Below, in pieces: positions 1-9,378 of a DNA stretch of 64,000 bases. The number at the start of each line of letters is the position of its first letter. The stretch's first letter is position 1. A program made the position numbers and the translations under genes. Below the pieces are notes generated by a model. That model searched no databases. It was given only the letters and a program-made list of their open reading frames with translations, and had not been told where the DNA came from. Source of the stretch: an uncultured bacterium (GTDB taxonomy: Bacteria > Krumholzibacteriota > Krumholzibacteriia > Krumholzibacteriales > Krumholzibacteriaceae); the NCBI GenBank assembly GCA_963846325.1, contig CAWJVO010000009.1:47205-111204 (forward strand), in the 5' to 3' direction.

Positions 1-94
1 CTTCTTCACGGGCAACTGATCAAATATGCGCGCTGCGCTCCCATAATTCTACGAAAAACGCCGCGGCGCGGTCAACAGCTATCGCCTTCGGGCC

Positions 95-1210
95 CTATCG
101 CTTCCCGCCGCTCCCGACGGACCGGTATTCGAATCGCGCCCTGCATGTGCCCTCGCTCGAGACCATGCACGGCCCGTACGGCGCCCGCGGCGTGCATTCC
201 CCGCCGAAGAACGGGCACGCTTCCGGTTCCGCTTCGCCGAGAATCACCAGATGACACCTGCAGCCCTCCCGCACGTCCACCACTCCTTCCGGCTCCGGAA
301 GTTCGAGGCGCACGGCGGCGTCGAGCCCGGCGTACTCCCGGCGCAGCGCGAGACCAGACCGCGGAATCGTTCCGATGCCGCGCCAGGGAACGTCGGTCTC
401 TTCGAAGAAACGCGCGATGGCGGCCTGCGCCCGCTCGTTCCCTCCCTCCCGCACGACCCGCCCGTATTGATTCCGAACCGTTCCCCGCGCGCCTCCCGCG
501 ATCTGCGCGATGAGCTCTCGCACGGCGCGCAGCACGTCGATCGCCTCGAAACCCGCGATGACGGCGGGAATGCCGTAATCCTTTTCGATGAACGAGTACC
601 CGGATCGCCCGATGATCGCGCTGACGTGTCCGGGCAGAACGAAACCGTCTATCGCCCCGGTGCTCCGGGCCATGAGAAAGCGTAGGGCCGGTGGAACCAG
701 CCTCATCGAAGGCACGATCGAGAAATTCGGCGGGAGATCGTCGGCGAGCGAGGCGGCGATCGGTGCGGCCGTCGTCTCGAATCCGACAGCCATGAAGACG
801 ATTTCCTTGTCGGGATTCTGGCGCGCGATGCGAACCGCGTCGACCGGAGAATAGACCACGCGGATGTCGCAGCCTTCGGCCTTCGCCCTCTCGAACGAGC
901 TCTCCGAGGAAGGAACGCGAACCATGTCGCCGAACGTGGCGATCACGACGTTCTCCCTCTTCGCCGCTTCGAGCGCGCGGTCGATGTCCCGCGCGGGGCA
1001 AACGCACACGGGGCATCCCGGGCCGGCGATGAGGCGCACCCCGTCGGGAAGAAGGGATCTCAGCGACGCCCGGGAGATCGTATGCTCGTGCGTTCCGCAC
1101 ACGTGCATGAGGACGACGGGGCGATCGACGCGCAGCGCCCGTATCTCGCGGGCCACGGCCTGCGCGAGCGACGGATCGCGATATTCGCCGAGGGCGCCGA
1201 AGCCGCTCAC
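95..1210 (-). CDS. hypD: [NiFe] hydrogenase maturation protein HypD
   Basis: The 371-aa translation (MSGFGALGEYRDP...HVCGTHEH...GPGCPVCV...GFETTA) carries the HypD Fe-S/CO-CN scaffold motifs. It has a GTG start that overlaps the hypC stop as GTGA. Confidence 0.9.
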   Translation of the reverse strand: MSGFGALGEYRDPSLAQAVAREIRALRVDRPVVLMHVCGTHEHTISRASLRSLLPDGVRLIAGPGCPVCVCPARDIDRALEAAKRENVVIATFGDMVRVPSSESSFERAKAEGCDIRVVYSPVDAVRIARQNPDKEIVFMAVGFETTAAPIAASLADDLPPNFSIVPSMRLVPPALRFLMARSTGAIDGFVLPGHVSAIIGRSGYSFIEKDYGIPAVIAGFEAIDVLRAVRELIAQIAGGARGTVRNQYGRVVREGGNERAQAAIARFFEETDVPWRGIGTIPRSGLALRREYAGLDAAVRLELPEPEGVVDVREGCRCHLVILGEAEPEACPFFGGECTPRAPYGPCMVSSEGTCRARFEYRSVGSGGKR

Positions 1211-1443
1211 GTGACGTCCTCTCCCCTGCCCGCCCGGTACACCTGCCTGATGAGCTCGAGCGTCTCAAGCGCCTCCGCCGTATCGAGCTTCTCGATCGCG
1301 TATCCCGCGTGCACGAGCACGTAGTCGCCGAGGGCCGCGGTGTCGATGAGATCGAGCCGAACGCCTTTCCGCACGCCGCCGCTCTCGACGACCGCGTCGT
1401 TCCCGCTCCTCTCGACGATCAGCATCGGTATGCCGAGGCACAT
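1207..1443 (-). CDS. hypC: Hydrogenase assembly chaperone HypC
   Basis: This is the 78-aa tail of track ORF 1207..1833, starting MCLGIPMLIV with the HypC N-terminal Cys2 signature. Its ATG at 1441-1443 overlaps the hypB stop as ATGA. Confidence 0.85.
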   Translation of the reverse strand: MCLGIPMLIVERSGNDAVVESGGVRKGVRLDLIDTAALGDYVLVHAGYAIEKLDTAEALETLELIRQVYRAGRGEDVT

Positions 1444-2105
1444 CACCGTTTCCCCGCTTTTTCGACGAATGCGTCGATCCAGGACACCCATCGGTCGAGC
1501 CCGGCGCCGGTCACGCACGATATCTCGATGATGTCGAGCTTCGGATTGATCTCGAGCGTCTCCCGACGCGCCTTCTCGACGTCGAACGACACGTAGGGCG
1601 CGAGATCCATCTTGTTCAGCAGCAGGAGCCGCGATTCGTGGAACATGAGGGGATATTTCCTCGGTTTGTCGTCTCCTTCGGAGACGCTCAGAAGCATGAC
1701 GCGCGCGTCTTCGCCGAGATCGAATTCGGCGGGGCACACGAGATTGCCCACGTTTTCGATAAAGAGCAGATCGATCGAGTCGAGGTCGAGCTGATGAAGC
1801 GCGCCGTGAACCATCGCCGCGTCGAGATGGCACACGCCTCCCGTCTCGATCTGATACACGGGAACGCCGAGCGTCGCGATCTTCTCGGCGTCGGTCCTCG
1901 TCTGTATATCCCCCTCGATGACGCCCACGGAGAGCCTCTTCCGGATCAGGGGGATCGTCCTGAACAGCAGCGACGTCTTTCCCGCTCCGGGCGCGCTCAT
2001 CACGTTGATCGAAACGATATTCTTCGCGGCGAGCAACTTTCTGTTCTCTTCCGCGATCGCCTCGTTCTTCTCTCGGAGATCCTCTCCGATACGAATCTCG
2101 TGCAT
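1443..2105 (-). CDS. hypB: Hydrogenase nickel-incorporation GTPase HypB
   Basis: The 220-aa protein has a P-loop (SAPGAGKTS), the GGVCHLDA Cys-His metal site and ENVGNLVCP, which is the G3E-family HypB pattern. Confidence 0.9.
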   Translation of the reverse strand: MHEIRIGEDLREKNEAIAEENRKLLAAKNIVSINVMSAPGAGKTSLLFRTIPLIRKRLSVGVIEGDIQTRTDAEKIATLGVPVYQIETGGVCHLDAAMVHGALHQLDLDSIDLLFIENVGNLVCPAEFDLGEDARVMLLSVSEGDDKPRKYPLMFHESRLLLLNKMDLAPYVSFDVEKARRETLEINPKLDIIEISCVTGAGLDRWVSWIDAFVEKAGKR

Positions 2106-2126
2106 GAGCCTTGGCCCCTTTCGCGT

Positions 2127-2501
2127 CTACCCGCCCGAATTCTCCGATTCCGCCGCGCCGTCACCGACGAGGATATAATCCACTTCCATCTCCCTGCCGC
2201 CGAGTATCTCGATGTCGCAGGAGCCGCATACCGGGCATATGCAGACGAACCCGGCGGGATTCGAATCGGCCGCGCACGCCGCGCAGCGTATCCGCAGAGG
2301 AACCCTCTCCACGCGGAGCGAAGCCCCTTCCGCCGCCGTTCCCTTCGCCATCACGTCGAACGCGAAGCGCAGGGCGTCCTCGCTGACGCCCGCCATTTCG
2401 CCGATCCTCAGATGGACGACCCGCACCGGAGCGCCCCCCTCGTCGCGCGCCGCCCGATCGACGATGGCGAGAAGATTCTTCATGAGGGACGCCTCATGCA
2501 C
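2127..2501 (-). CDS. hypA: Hydrogenase nickel-insertion protein HypA
   Basis: The zinc site is present as CAAC...CPVC. A GTG start at 2499-2501 gives the N-terminus (M)HEASLM, restoring the Ni-binding MHE motif. The alternative ATG at 2483 would delete that motif. Confidence 0.8.
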   Translation of the reverse strand: MHEASLMKNLLAIVDRAARDEGGAPVRVVHLRIGEMAGVSEDALRFAFDVMAKGTAAEGASLRVERVPLRIRCAACAADSNPAGFVCICPVCGSCDIEILGGREMEVDYILVGDGAAESENSGG

Positions 2502-3000
2502 CGGTATTCTTCCTCTCCGAGAGCCCGATCGAGACCGTTCGATGCGGCGCTCCCGTGATTTCTCCCGCGATCTCGTCGGCGAGGATCGGAATGACGCTCC
2601 GAACGGCATCCGTGCATCGCTCAGCGAGGGTGAGGGTATCTTCCGCCTGCACTCCGAAGATAACGACTTCTTCCGGCATATGAAACTGCAAACGGCGCCC
2701 GAGCGCGAGCGCCGTGACCATATCGATGTCGTGGAACGAGGCGAGACGCGGCGTGGTCCGTATGTCGTCGGGCTTCATTCTGAAGACGACGCCGGGCTCC
2801 TCGCCGTCGAGCATGATCGCGTCCACGATGAACGCGCGATCGTATCCGTTGAGCATCTCGATGAGATCGAGACCGGCGAGCTCGGCTTCGCGGACGTCCG
2901 CCGCCTCGCCGAGGCGCCCCATGAGCGCCCTGGCGACGTAGATTCCCGCGCCGTCGTCGCTGAGGATCGTATTGCCGAGCCCGAGTACGATTGTTTTCAC
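2494..3000 (-). CDS. Hydrogenase maturation endopeptidase (HycI/FrhD/HoxW-type)
   Basis: The 168-aa protein starts at a GTG at 3000 with (V)KTIVLGLGNTILSDDGAG, followed later by ...FHDIDM. This is the characteristic GxGNxxxxDDG protease family, and the gene lies directly downstream of the large subunit. Confidence 0.8.
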   Translation of the reverse strand: MKTIVLGLGNTILSDDGAGIYVARALMGRLGEAADVREAELAGLDLIEMLNGYDRAFIVDAIMLDGEEPGVVFRMKPDDIRTTPRLASFHDIDMVTALALGRRLQFHMPEEVVIFGVQAEDTLTLAERCTDAVRSVIPILADEIAGEITGAPHRTVSIGLSERKNTGA

Positions 3001-3029
3001 GTAGCGGCAGCCTGCCCCGCCCGAAGCCT

Positions 3030-4490
3030 CTATCTCGAGACCGTCCGGACCGTCTCCCCGACCGCGTTCTTGATCTCGATCCTCAGGGGCATATGGCCGG
3101 GAAGGCTGTGCGTCGCGCAGCTGAAACACGGATCGTAGATGCGGAAGGCCATCTCGACCATATTGAGAAGCCCTTCCTTGACCTCGCCCCCCTTGCCGAT
3201 GAATTTCATCGCGGCCTTCTTGACCGCCATGGAAATCGGAGCGTTGTTGTTCGTCGTTCCGACGATGAGGTTCGCCTTCGTAACGATTCCGCGCGCGTCG
3301 GTCACGTAGTGATGCGTCAGGGTGCCGCGCGGCGCCTCGATGATTCCCACGCCTTCCGACGGCGTCGTCGACGGAATCACGCGGACGTTCGGATCGAGGA
3401 TCTCCTCGTCGTCGACGAGCTCGGCGAGCCGCTCGGCCGCGTAGAGAAGCTCTATCAATCGCGCCCAATGCATGGCCATAAGCTTGTGCACCGGCTTACC
3501 GCCGAAGGTGGCGAACATCTTCTCGTAGGCCGCATGCGCCTTCGGCGTCGCCATGCCGCTCGCCGCGTTGAAGCGCGCGAGCGGAGCGGCCTGGTAGAGC
3601 GACGTGCCCGTGCCTTCCTTGAATCCCTGCCATCCCAGCTTCTTGAGATACGGGAACTTCAGATAGGTGTACGGCTCGACGTGCTCCGCGACGTGGTCGA
3701 GATATTCCGCCTCGCGGTACCGGTCGATTTCGTTCCCGTCCGGATCGACGACCCGGACCGTCCCGTCGTAGAACGTCACGCGGTTCTTGTCGTCGACGAG
3801 CCCCATGTAATTCGTCACGAGCTCGTAGCCGTCCCCGAGGATGAGATCGAGGTACGCCTTGTTCTTGAGCACGACATCGTCGAAGAGCTTGAGACCGAAC
3901 TCCCCGAACCCCACGAGACCCGGTGCGAACTTCTTGATGCTGTCCCGGTCCTCGCGGGCGAGCGCCCGCGTCACGCCGCCGGGAAGGTTCCACACGGGAT
4001 GCGTCGAGCGGCCGCCGATCATCTGCTGGATGATCTGCGAAATCTCGCGCTGGCGGATGACCTCTTTTCCGATGTCGATCCCGACCTTGTTCACGAGCCC
4101 GAGAATGTTGCGCTCCGCGGGAGGCGCGTCGGGCCCCACGACGAAATCGGGAGCGGCGAGGGCGTAGAAATGCGCCGTGTGGCTGTGAATGAAGTGAGCC
4201 ATGTAGTACAGCTCACGGAGCTTCGCCGCCGCCGCCGGAATCTTCACTTTGTATACTGCATCTACGGCCTTACCCGAGGCCATGTGGTGCGCGGCCGGTC
4301 AAACACCGCAGATGCGCGTGACAACCCGCGGAACCTCCTCGATCGGAAGGCCCTCGACGAACTTCTCGAATCCCCGGAGCTCCGGGATCTGGAGGTACGC
4401 GTTTTCGACCGCGCCCTCGTCGTTCAAGAAGATCGTGATTTTTCCGTGCCCCTCCAACCGGGTGATCGGGTCGATCGCGATGCGCTTCAT
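3030..4490 (-). CDS. mvhA: Group-3c [NiFe] hydrogenase large subunit (MvhA-like) with an in-frame TGA at 4299-4301 (candidate selenocysteine)
   Basis: Track ORFs 4299..4838 (last 63 aa, MKRIAIDPITRLEGHG...RICGV) and 3030..4283 are in the same frame and are separated only by a TGA. Read-through gives RICGV-U-PAAHHMASGKAVD. The C-terminal DPCFSCATH motif is intact. GGAGGAGGA lies upstream of the ATG at 4488-4490. Confidence 0.8.
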
Positions 4491-5440
4491 GCTTTCCTCC
4501 TCCTCAGTATCGAAGAAGCGAGACTGAACCGATGGAAGGTCCTCAGCGGATCGACCACGGTATCCAGCATCGCGTTGATATCCTTCTCCTCTTTCGGCTC
4601 CATGACGGACGCGAGTGCGCCCAGCATCTTGATACCCTGGTCGGCGATGTCGTCGAGCGGGCCGTAGCAGCCGCGGCACGGCGTCCACGACTTGATGCAG
4701 CGCGATCCGCAGCCGGAGCGCGTCGCCGGACCGAGACAGATGAAACCCTGTTCGAGAAAACACGTATCCGCGTCGGGGAGCTTCTCGTGCGTCCGGTAGA
4801 TCTTCGTGATCGTCTTCTCGCCCTTCTTCCGCGGGCATTCGTCACAGAGGGCGCGATCCCCGGCGCCGATCACGGAGCCCTTTTTCGGCAGCATATCGTC
4901 CGCGACGAGTCCGAGCGCCGAGTAGATCTGGAGCGACGCGGGCGGGCATCCCGGAATCGTATAGTCGACGTCGACGACCTGATCGAGCGTTTTCACCGTG
5001 TTGTAGAGATGCGGCAGATCCAGCTCGTGCCCGTCCGCCTTCGAGCTCTCGAGGGGAAGCACGCCTTCCGCGTTCACCGTCGATTCGGATTCGAGGTAGA
5101 CGCGCCTCAGGACCTCTTCGCGCGTGTACATGTTCGCGAGCCCCGGAACGCCGCCGAGCTGCGCGCAGGCGCCGAGGGCCACCATGACCTTCGCTTTTCT
5201 GCGGAGGAGCTTCGCGATCTCTTCGTTCTCCGAATTGCGGACCCCGCCGCTGAAGAGCGCGACGTCGAGAAAGCCGTCCTTCATCGCGCGAACGTCGCTG
5301 TACTTGAAATCCATCGCGACGGGCCAGAGGTATATGTCGGCCATATCGGCGATCTCGAGGAGCTTCTCGTGCGTATCGAGAATCGCGACGTCGCATCCGC
5401 CGCACGCCGCGCCCCAGTAAATCCCTATCTTGAGCTTCAT
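4487..5440 (-). CDS. mvhG: [NiFe] hydrogenase small subunit (MvhG-like)
   Basis: The 317-aa protein starts MKLKIGIYWGAACGGCDVA, with later GCPP and multiple Cys clusters for Fe-S centres. It has ATGA overlaps with mvhD upstream and mvhA downstream. Confidence 0.85.
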   Translation of the reverse strand: MKLKIGIYWGAACGGCDVAILDTHEKLLEIADMADIYLWPVAMDFKYSDVRAMKDGFLDVALFSGGVRNSENEEIAKLLRRKAKVMVALGACAQLGGVPGLANMYTREEVLRRVYLESESTVNAEGVLPLESSKADGHELDLPHLYNTVKTLDQVVDVDYTIPGCPPASLQIYSALGLVADDMLPKKGSVIGAGDRALCDECPRKKGEKTITKIYRTHEKLPDADTCFLEQGFICLGPATRSGCGSRCIKSWTPCRGCYGPLDDIADQGIKMLGALASVMEPKEEKDINAMLDTVVDPLRTFHRFSLASSILRRRKA

Positions 5441-5919
5441 CTCGCCTCTCCGGTTGGTGCCTGATGTTCCTCGCCGTGATGCGCGACGTCGGTCTTCATG
5501 CTCTCGAAGAGCGATTCCTTGACCTTGAGGGGACCGAGCGCCCGGATTTCCTCCGTGAACTCGTCGACGACGTGCCCGAACCGCTCCCCTTCCGACGCCG
5601 AAACCCACTCGAGCCGCACGCGGCCGGCTTCGATCCCGTACTCGGGCAGTATTCTCTTGAGCAGGAGATAGCGCCGGAGCGCCTTGTAGTTGCCTTCCTG
5701 GTAATGGCAGTCTCCCGGGTGACACCCGCCGATGAGCACGCCGTCCGCGCCCTCGAAGAGCGCCTTTATCACGAACACGGGATCCACCCTGCCGCTGCAC
5801 ATGACGCGAATCGAGCGGATGTTCGGGCTGTACTTGACGCGCGCCGTTCCGGCCAGATCCGCGCCCGTGTACGTGCACCAATTACACAGGAAACCCACGA
5901 TTCTCGGTTCGAACGCCAT
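5437..5919 (-). CDS. mvhD: Methyl-viologen-reducing hydrogenase delta subunit (MvhD)
   Basis: The translation MAFEPRIVGFLCNWCTYTGADLAG...MCSGRVDP...GCHPGDCHY is the MvhD/FlpD fold carrying the [2Fe-2S] cysteines. Confidence 0.9.
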   Translation of the reverse strand: MAFEPRIVGFLCNWCTYTGADLAGTARVKYSPNIRSIRVMCSGRVDPVFVIKALFEGADGVLIGGCHPGDCHYQEGNYKALRRYLLLKRILPEYGIEAGRVRLEWVSASEGERFGHVVDEFTEEIRALGPLKVKESLFESMKTDVAHHGEEHQAPTGEAR

Positions 5920-5945
5920 TCCTCATTCCTCTCGCTCGATGGTCC

Positions 5946-7925
5946 TCACCGGGAGGACAGGATCCCCTCTATCTCGGCGAAGATCTGCTTGTTGCTGAAA
6001 TGCTTCGCCTTGATCGCGTTGCTCGGGCAGGCGGCGACGCACGTCCCGCATCCCTTGCAAAGCGCCTCGTTGATGACGGACACCTTCTTTTCCTCGTCGA
6101 ACCGGATCGCGAGATACGGGCAGAGGTTGTTGCAGATCCGGCATCCGGAACACTTCTCTTCGTCGATCTCCGCGGTCGCCGATTCGATCTCGATCTTCTC
6201 GCGCATGATCATCGAGAGCACGGCGCTCGAAGCCGCGGAAGCCTGGGCGACGGTGTCGGGAATGTCCTTCGGCGACTGGCACGCCCCGACGATGAATACG
6301 CCGTCCGTGGCGGTCGATACGGGGCCGAGCTTCGGATGCTTCTCGATGAGAAAGCCGTCCTTGCCGATGCTCACGCTGCACATCTTCGCGACCGCGGCCA
6401 GCCCCTTCGGCGCTTCGATCCCGGTGCAGAGAACGACCATGTCGACGGGAATTCTCCGGACGACTCCGAGGAGCGTGTCCTCGACGCGCACGATGAGCTT
6501 TCCCTCTTCGCCTTCATGGATCGGCATATCGGTAATCTCGCCGACCTTGCCGCGGATGAACCGCACGTCCTCGCCGAGAAGCCTGTCGTAGAACTCCTCG
6601 TACCCCTTCCCGAAGCAGCGCAGATCGATATAGAAATTGTAGACTTCCGCCTTCGTCTTTTCCTTGATGAGATGCGCGAACTTGAGGGCGTACATGCAGC
6701 AGACGCGCGAGCAGTATTCGTGGTAGTCCTTGTCGCGGCTTCCGATGCAATGAATGATCCCGATCGCCTTCGGCTCGGATCCGTCGGCGAGGACGATCTT
6801 CCCGTTCGTCGACCCCGCCGCGCAGTTCATCATCTCGAACTCGAGCGCGGTGACGACGTTCGGAAGAATCCCGTACCGGTATCGCTTCATGACGGACGGA
6901 TCGAACGTCTGGAGCCCGGCGGCGATGATGATGTTGCCGACTTCGAACTCGTGGATCCGGTCCTCCATATCGAACTTGATCGCGTGCCGCTCGCACACCT
7001 TTTCGCACGTCCGGCATTTGCCCTTCTGAAAATACGTGCAGGAGTCCCGATCGATGACGGGCACCGCGGGGACGGCCTGCATGAACGGCATGTAGATCGA
7101 CGTCGTCGGTCCGAGCGAGAGCTTCTCGTGCGCGTTGCCTTTGCGCGGAACGCGCGTGCCAGGGCATTTCTCCCAGCACATCCCGCACCCGTTGCAGAGC
7201 TCCCGATCGACGTATCGCGCTTTCTCGCGGATCTTCACCTTGAAATTGCCGACGAAGCCGCTCACTTCGGCGAGCTCGGAATACGAGAGCAGGGTGATGT
7301 TCTTGTGCTGGCCGACCTGCACCATGCGGGGCGTGAGGATGCACGCGGCGCAGTCGAGCGTCGGAAACGTCTTGTCGAACTTGGCCATATGCCCGCCGAT
7401 GGACGGATCGCGCTCGACGAGAACGACCTCTTTTCCCGCCTCCGCGAGGTCGAGCGCCGCCTGGATGCCCGCGATGCCGCCGCCGATGACGAGCGTGCGC
7501 GGATTGATGGGGACGACCCGCTTCTCGAGCGGCTCGAGCCATGTCGATCGCGCCACCGCCGCCGCGATGAGCGCTTTCGCCTTTTCGGTCGACGAGGCCT
7601 CGTCGAGATGCACCCACGAGCACTGCTCCCGGATGTTCGCCATCGCGAAGAGATACGCGTTGACGCCCGAGCGCTCGCACACCTTCCGGAACGTATTCTC
7701 GTGCATGAGGGGCGAGCACGACGCGACCACGACCCGATCGACGGCCCCCTCTTTGATGTCTTTCTCGATCATCGCCTGGCCGGGATCCGAGCACATAAAC
7801 TTGTAGTCCCGCACGAGCGAAACGTTCTCCAGCTCCTTCGCGTACTTCACGACCTCGTCGATGTTGACCTTGCCGGCGATGTTCGTGCCGCAATGACAGA
7901 CGTACACTCCGATGCGTTCAGCCAT
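5946..7925 (-). CDS. hdrA: Heterodisulfide reductase subunit A (FAD, multiple 4Fe-4S)
   Basis: The 659-aa protein has VIGGGIAGIQAALDLAEAG (FAD dinucleotide fold), CxxCxxCxxxCP ferredoxin motifs and DCAACIL. All cysteines are Cys codons and there is no internal stop. Confidence 0.95.
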   Translation of the reverse strand: MAERIGVYVCHCGTNIAGKVNIDEVVKYAKELENVSLVRDYKFMCSDPGQAMIEKDIKEGAVDRVVVASCSPLMHENTFRKVCERSGVNAYLFAMANIREQCSWVHLDEASSTEKAKALIAAAVARSTWLEPLEKRVVPINPRTLVIGGGIAGIQAALDLAEAGKEVVLVERDPSIGGHMAKFDKTFPTLDCAACILTPRMVQVGQHKNITLLSYSELAEVSGFVGNFKVKIREKARYVDRELCNGCGMCWEKCPGTRVPRKGNAHEKLSLGPTTSIYMPFMQAVPAVPVIDRDSCTYFQKGKCRTCEKVCERHAIKFDMEDRIHEFEVGNIIIAAGLQTFDPSVMKRYRYGILPNVVTALEFEMMNCAAGSTNGKIVLADGSEPKAIGIIHCIGSRDKDYHEYCSRVCCMYALKFAHLIKEKTKAEVYNFYIDLRCFGKGYEEFYDRLLGEDVRFIRGKVGEITDMPIHEGEEGKLIVRVEDTLLGVVRRIPVDMVVLCTGIEAPKGLAAVAKMCSVSIGKDGFLIEKHPKLGPVSTATDGVFIVGACQSPKDIPDTVAQASAASSAVLSMIMREKIEIESATAEIDEEKCSGCRICNNLCPYLAIRFDEEKKVSVINEALCKGCGTCVAACPSNAIKAKHFSNKQIFAEIEGILSSR

Positions 7926-8802
7926 TGTTCGCTCCCTCGAATATCTTCTTGATCGGCTTGGTGAGCTTCACCGCGAGCCGGCCGAGCCCGAGGTCGCGGA
8001 GCGGCAGACCGAGGCTCACGCCGATCAGCTGGGTGAAATAGAGCACGGGGATATCGAATTTCGTCTTGAAGCGGGCGTTGATCTTGCCCTGGTACACGTC
8101 GAGATTCATCTGGCAGAGCGGACATATCGTCACGATGCAGTGCGCGCCGTTCTGCTGCGCGTCGAGGAGCAGGTTCCTGCAGAGCCGCATGGCCAGATCC
8201 TCCTGGGTCCCCATGAGCGACGCGCCGCAGCACGAGGTCTTCATCCGGTAATCGACGCACTCCGCCCCGAGCGCCTCAATCAGCCTGTTCATCGTCGTCG
8301 GCTCGTCGGGATCGTCGAATCCCGAATCGGGCCGGACGATCTGGCATCCGTAATAGGGCGCGACCTTGAGCCCCGCGAGTTTCTTCTTCGCGAGCGACGC
8401 GACTTTCTCGTAGCCGACGTCGTTGCAGACGACGTCGAGCAGATGCCGAACACGGAGGTTTCCGCTGTAGCTGAGGCCGCCCGCCTCGAGCGCCAAACCG
8501 ATCTTCTTTCGAAGCTCGGGATAATCGGCGAAATAATGGTTCGTCTTGTTGAGCACGGTGTAGCACGCGCTGCACGGCGTCACGACGTCGCGGTGATGCT
8601 TCTCGGCGATGGCGAGGTTACGGGCCGAAATCGCGAAGCTCATGAGCTCCTTGACCGACATGTACGCGGTCGCGCCGCAGCAATTCCAGTCCTCGAGCTC
8701 CTCGAGCTCGATCCCCAGCGCGGGCGCGATGGCGGCGATCGAATCGCGATAAATATTGGCGGTCGCGTTGACGGAACACCCAGGATAGTATGTGTATTTC
8801 AT
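7918..8802 (-). CDS. hdrB: Heterodisulfide reductase subunit B (two CCG domains)
   Basis: The protein starts MKYTYYPGCS and has two CCG motifs (NCCGATAYM; SCCGASLM) plus CPLCQ. It overlaps the hdrA start by 8 nt. Confidence 0.95.
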   Translation of the reverse strand: MKYTYYPGCSVNATANIYRDSIAAIAPALGIELEELEDWNCCGATAYMSVKELMSFAISARNLAIAEKHHRDVVTPCSACYTVLNKTNHYFADYPELRKKIGLALEAGGLSYSGNLRVRHLLDVVCNDVGYEKVASLAKKKLAGLKVAPYYGCQIVRPDSGFDDPDEPTTMNRLIEALGAECVDYRMKTSCCGASLMGTQEDLAMRLCRNLLLDAQQNGAHCIVTICPLCQMNLDVYQGKINARFKTKFDIPVLYFTQLIGVSLGLPLRDLGLGRLAVKLTKPIKKIFEGANNG

Positions 8803-9378
8803 CTATATCTCCCCGAGCTCGTCCACTTTCTTGAGTATCTTCTTGAGTTGAGCCATGTTTTTCATTCTATGCGGGAGAAGCGGCAGGCGTCTGTTCACGA
8901 GCAGCTTCCATCCCTGGGGCACGAACTTCAGCGCGTGAAAGAGATCGGCTTCGAGAATGTAACGGGCCATCAGCTCCGTCTCGTGGTTGCGCCCGTATGT
9001 GTTGACCATGCGCGCGAAGTTCTTGGAGAGAACGACCGCCTTCTTGCCTTTCGTCTTCCCCTCCTTGACGGCGAGCCTCTTCAGCGCGTACATGACGTCG
9101 GTGATCTTGATGTCCTTCGGACACCGGACCGCGCAGGTGTAGCAGGAAGAGCAGAACCAGATCGTGTTCGAGGAAAGCACCTCGTCCCTGAATCCCGCTC
9201 TGATGAGAGAGAACATCTTGCGCGGGCCGTGATCCATCACGTAGCTCAGAGGACATGAACTGCTGCACGTTCCGCACTGGATGCACTTCTTGATCTCCCG
9301 GCCTCCGGGCAACGCGTAGATCTCGGAGAGGAAATCGTGATCGAGCTTGTATTCGGCGATAACGTCCCTGTCGAGCAT
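8803..9378 (-). CDS. hdrC: Heterodisulfide reductase subunit C (2x4Fe-4S)
   Basis: It has the motifs CIQCGTCSSSCP and CSSCYTCAVRCP. Its TAG stop abuts the hdrB ATG. Confidence 0.9.
   Translation of the reverse strand: MLDRDVIAEYKLDHDFLSEIYALPGGREIKKCIQCGTCSSSCPLSYVMDHGPRKMFSLIRAGFRDEVLSSNTIWFCSSCYTCAVRCPKDIKITDVMYALKRLAVKEGKTKGKKAVVLSKNFARMVNTYGRNHETELMARYILEADLFHALKFVPQGWKLLVNRRLPLLPHRMKNMAQLKKILKKVDELGEI

Noticed and set aside
1-94. A possible start of hypE downstream of hypD
   Set aside because: The only ATG-initiated minus-strand frame here (MGAQRAYLISCP) stops after 12 codons, and no HypE-like N-terminus is visible. The segment is too short to call.
2991-4667. A 558-aa plus-strand ORF opposite the hydrogenase large subunit
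   Set aside because: It is antisense to mvhA, whose motifs are unambiguous. Its composition is dominated by R/D/E/L/V from GC-rich antisense codons.
3030-4838. Interpretation of the split large-subunit gene as a pseudogene or as two separate genes
   Set aside because: This is not fully excluded, but I consider it less likely. The interruption is a single TGA at exactly a metal-ligand Cys codon. Both flanks stay in frame with perfect motif continuity. No RBS precedes the second ATG. A hairpin sits at SECIS-compatible distance. The rest of the operon is intact.
6000-7952. A 650-aa plus-strand ORF and a 459-aa minus-strand alternative-frame ORF (6514..7893) over hdrA
   Set aside because: HdrA (5946..7925) has FAD and ferredoxin motifs. 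The alternatives are Arg-rich with no recognisable features.
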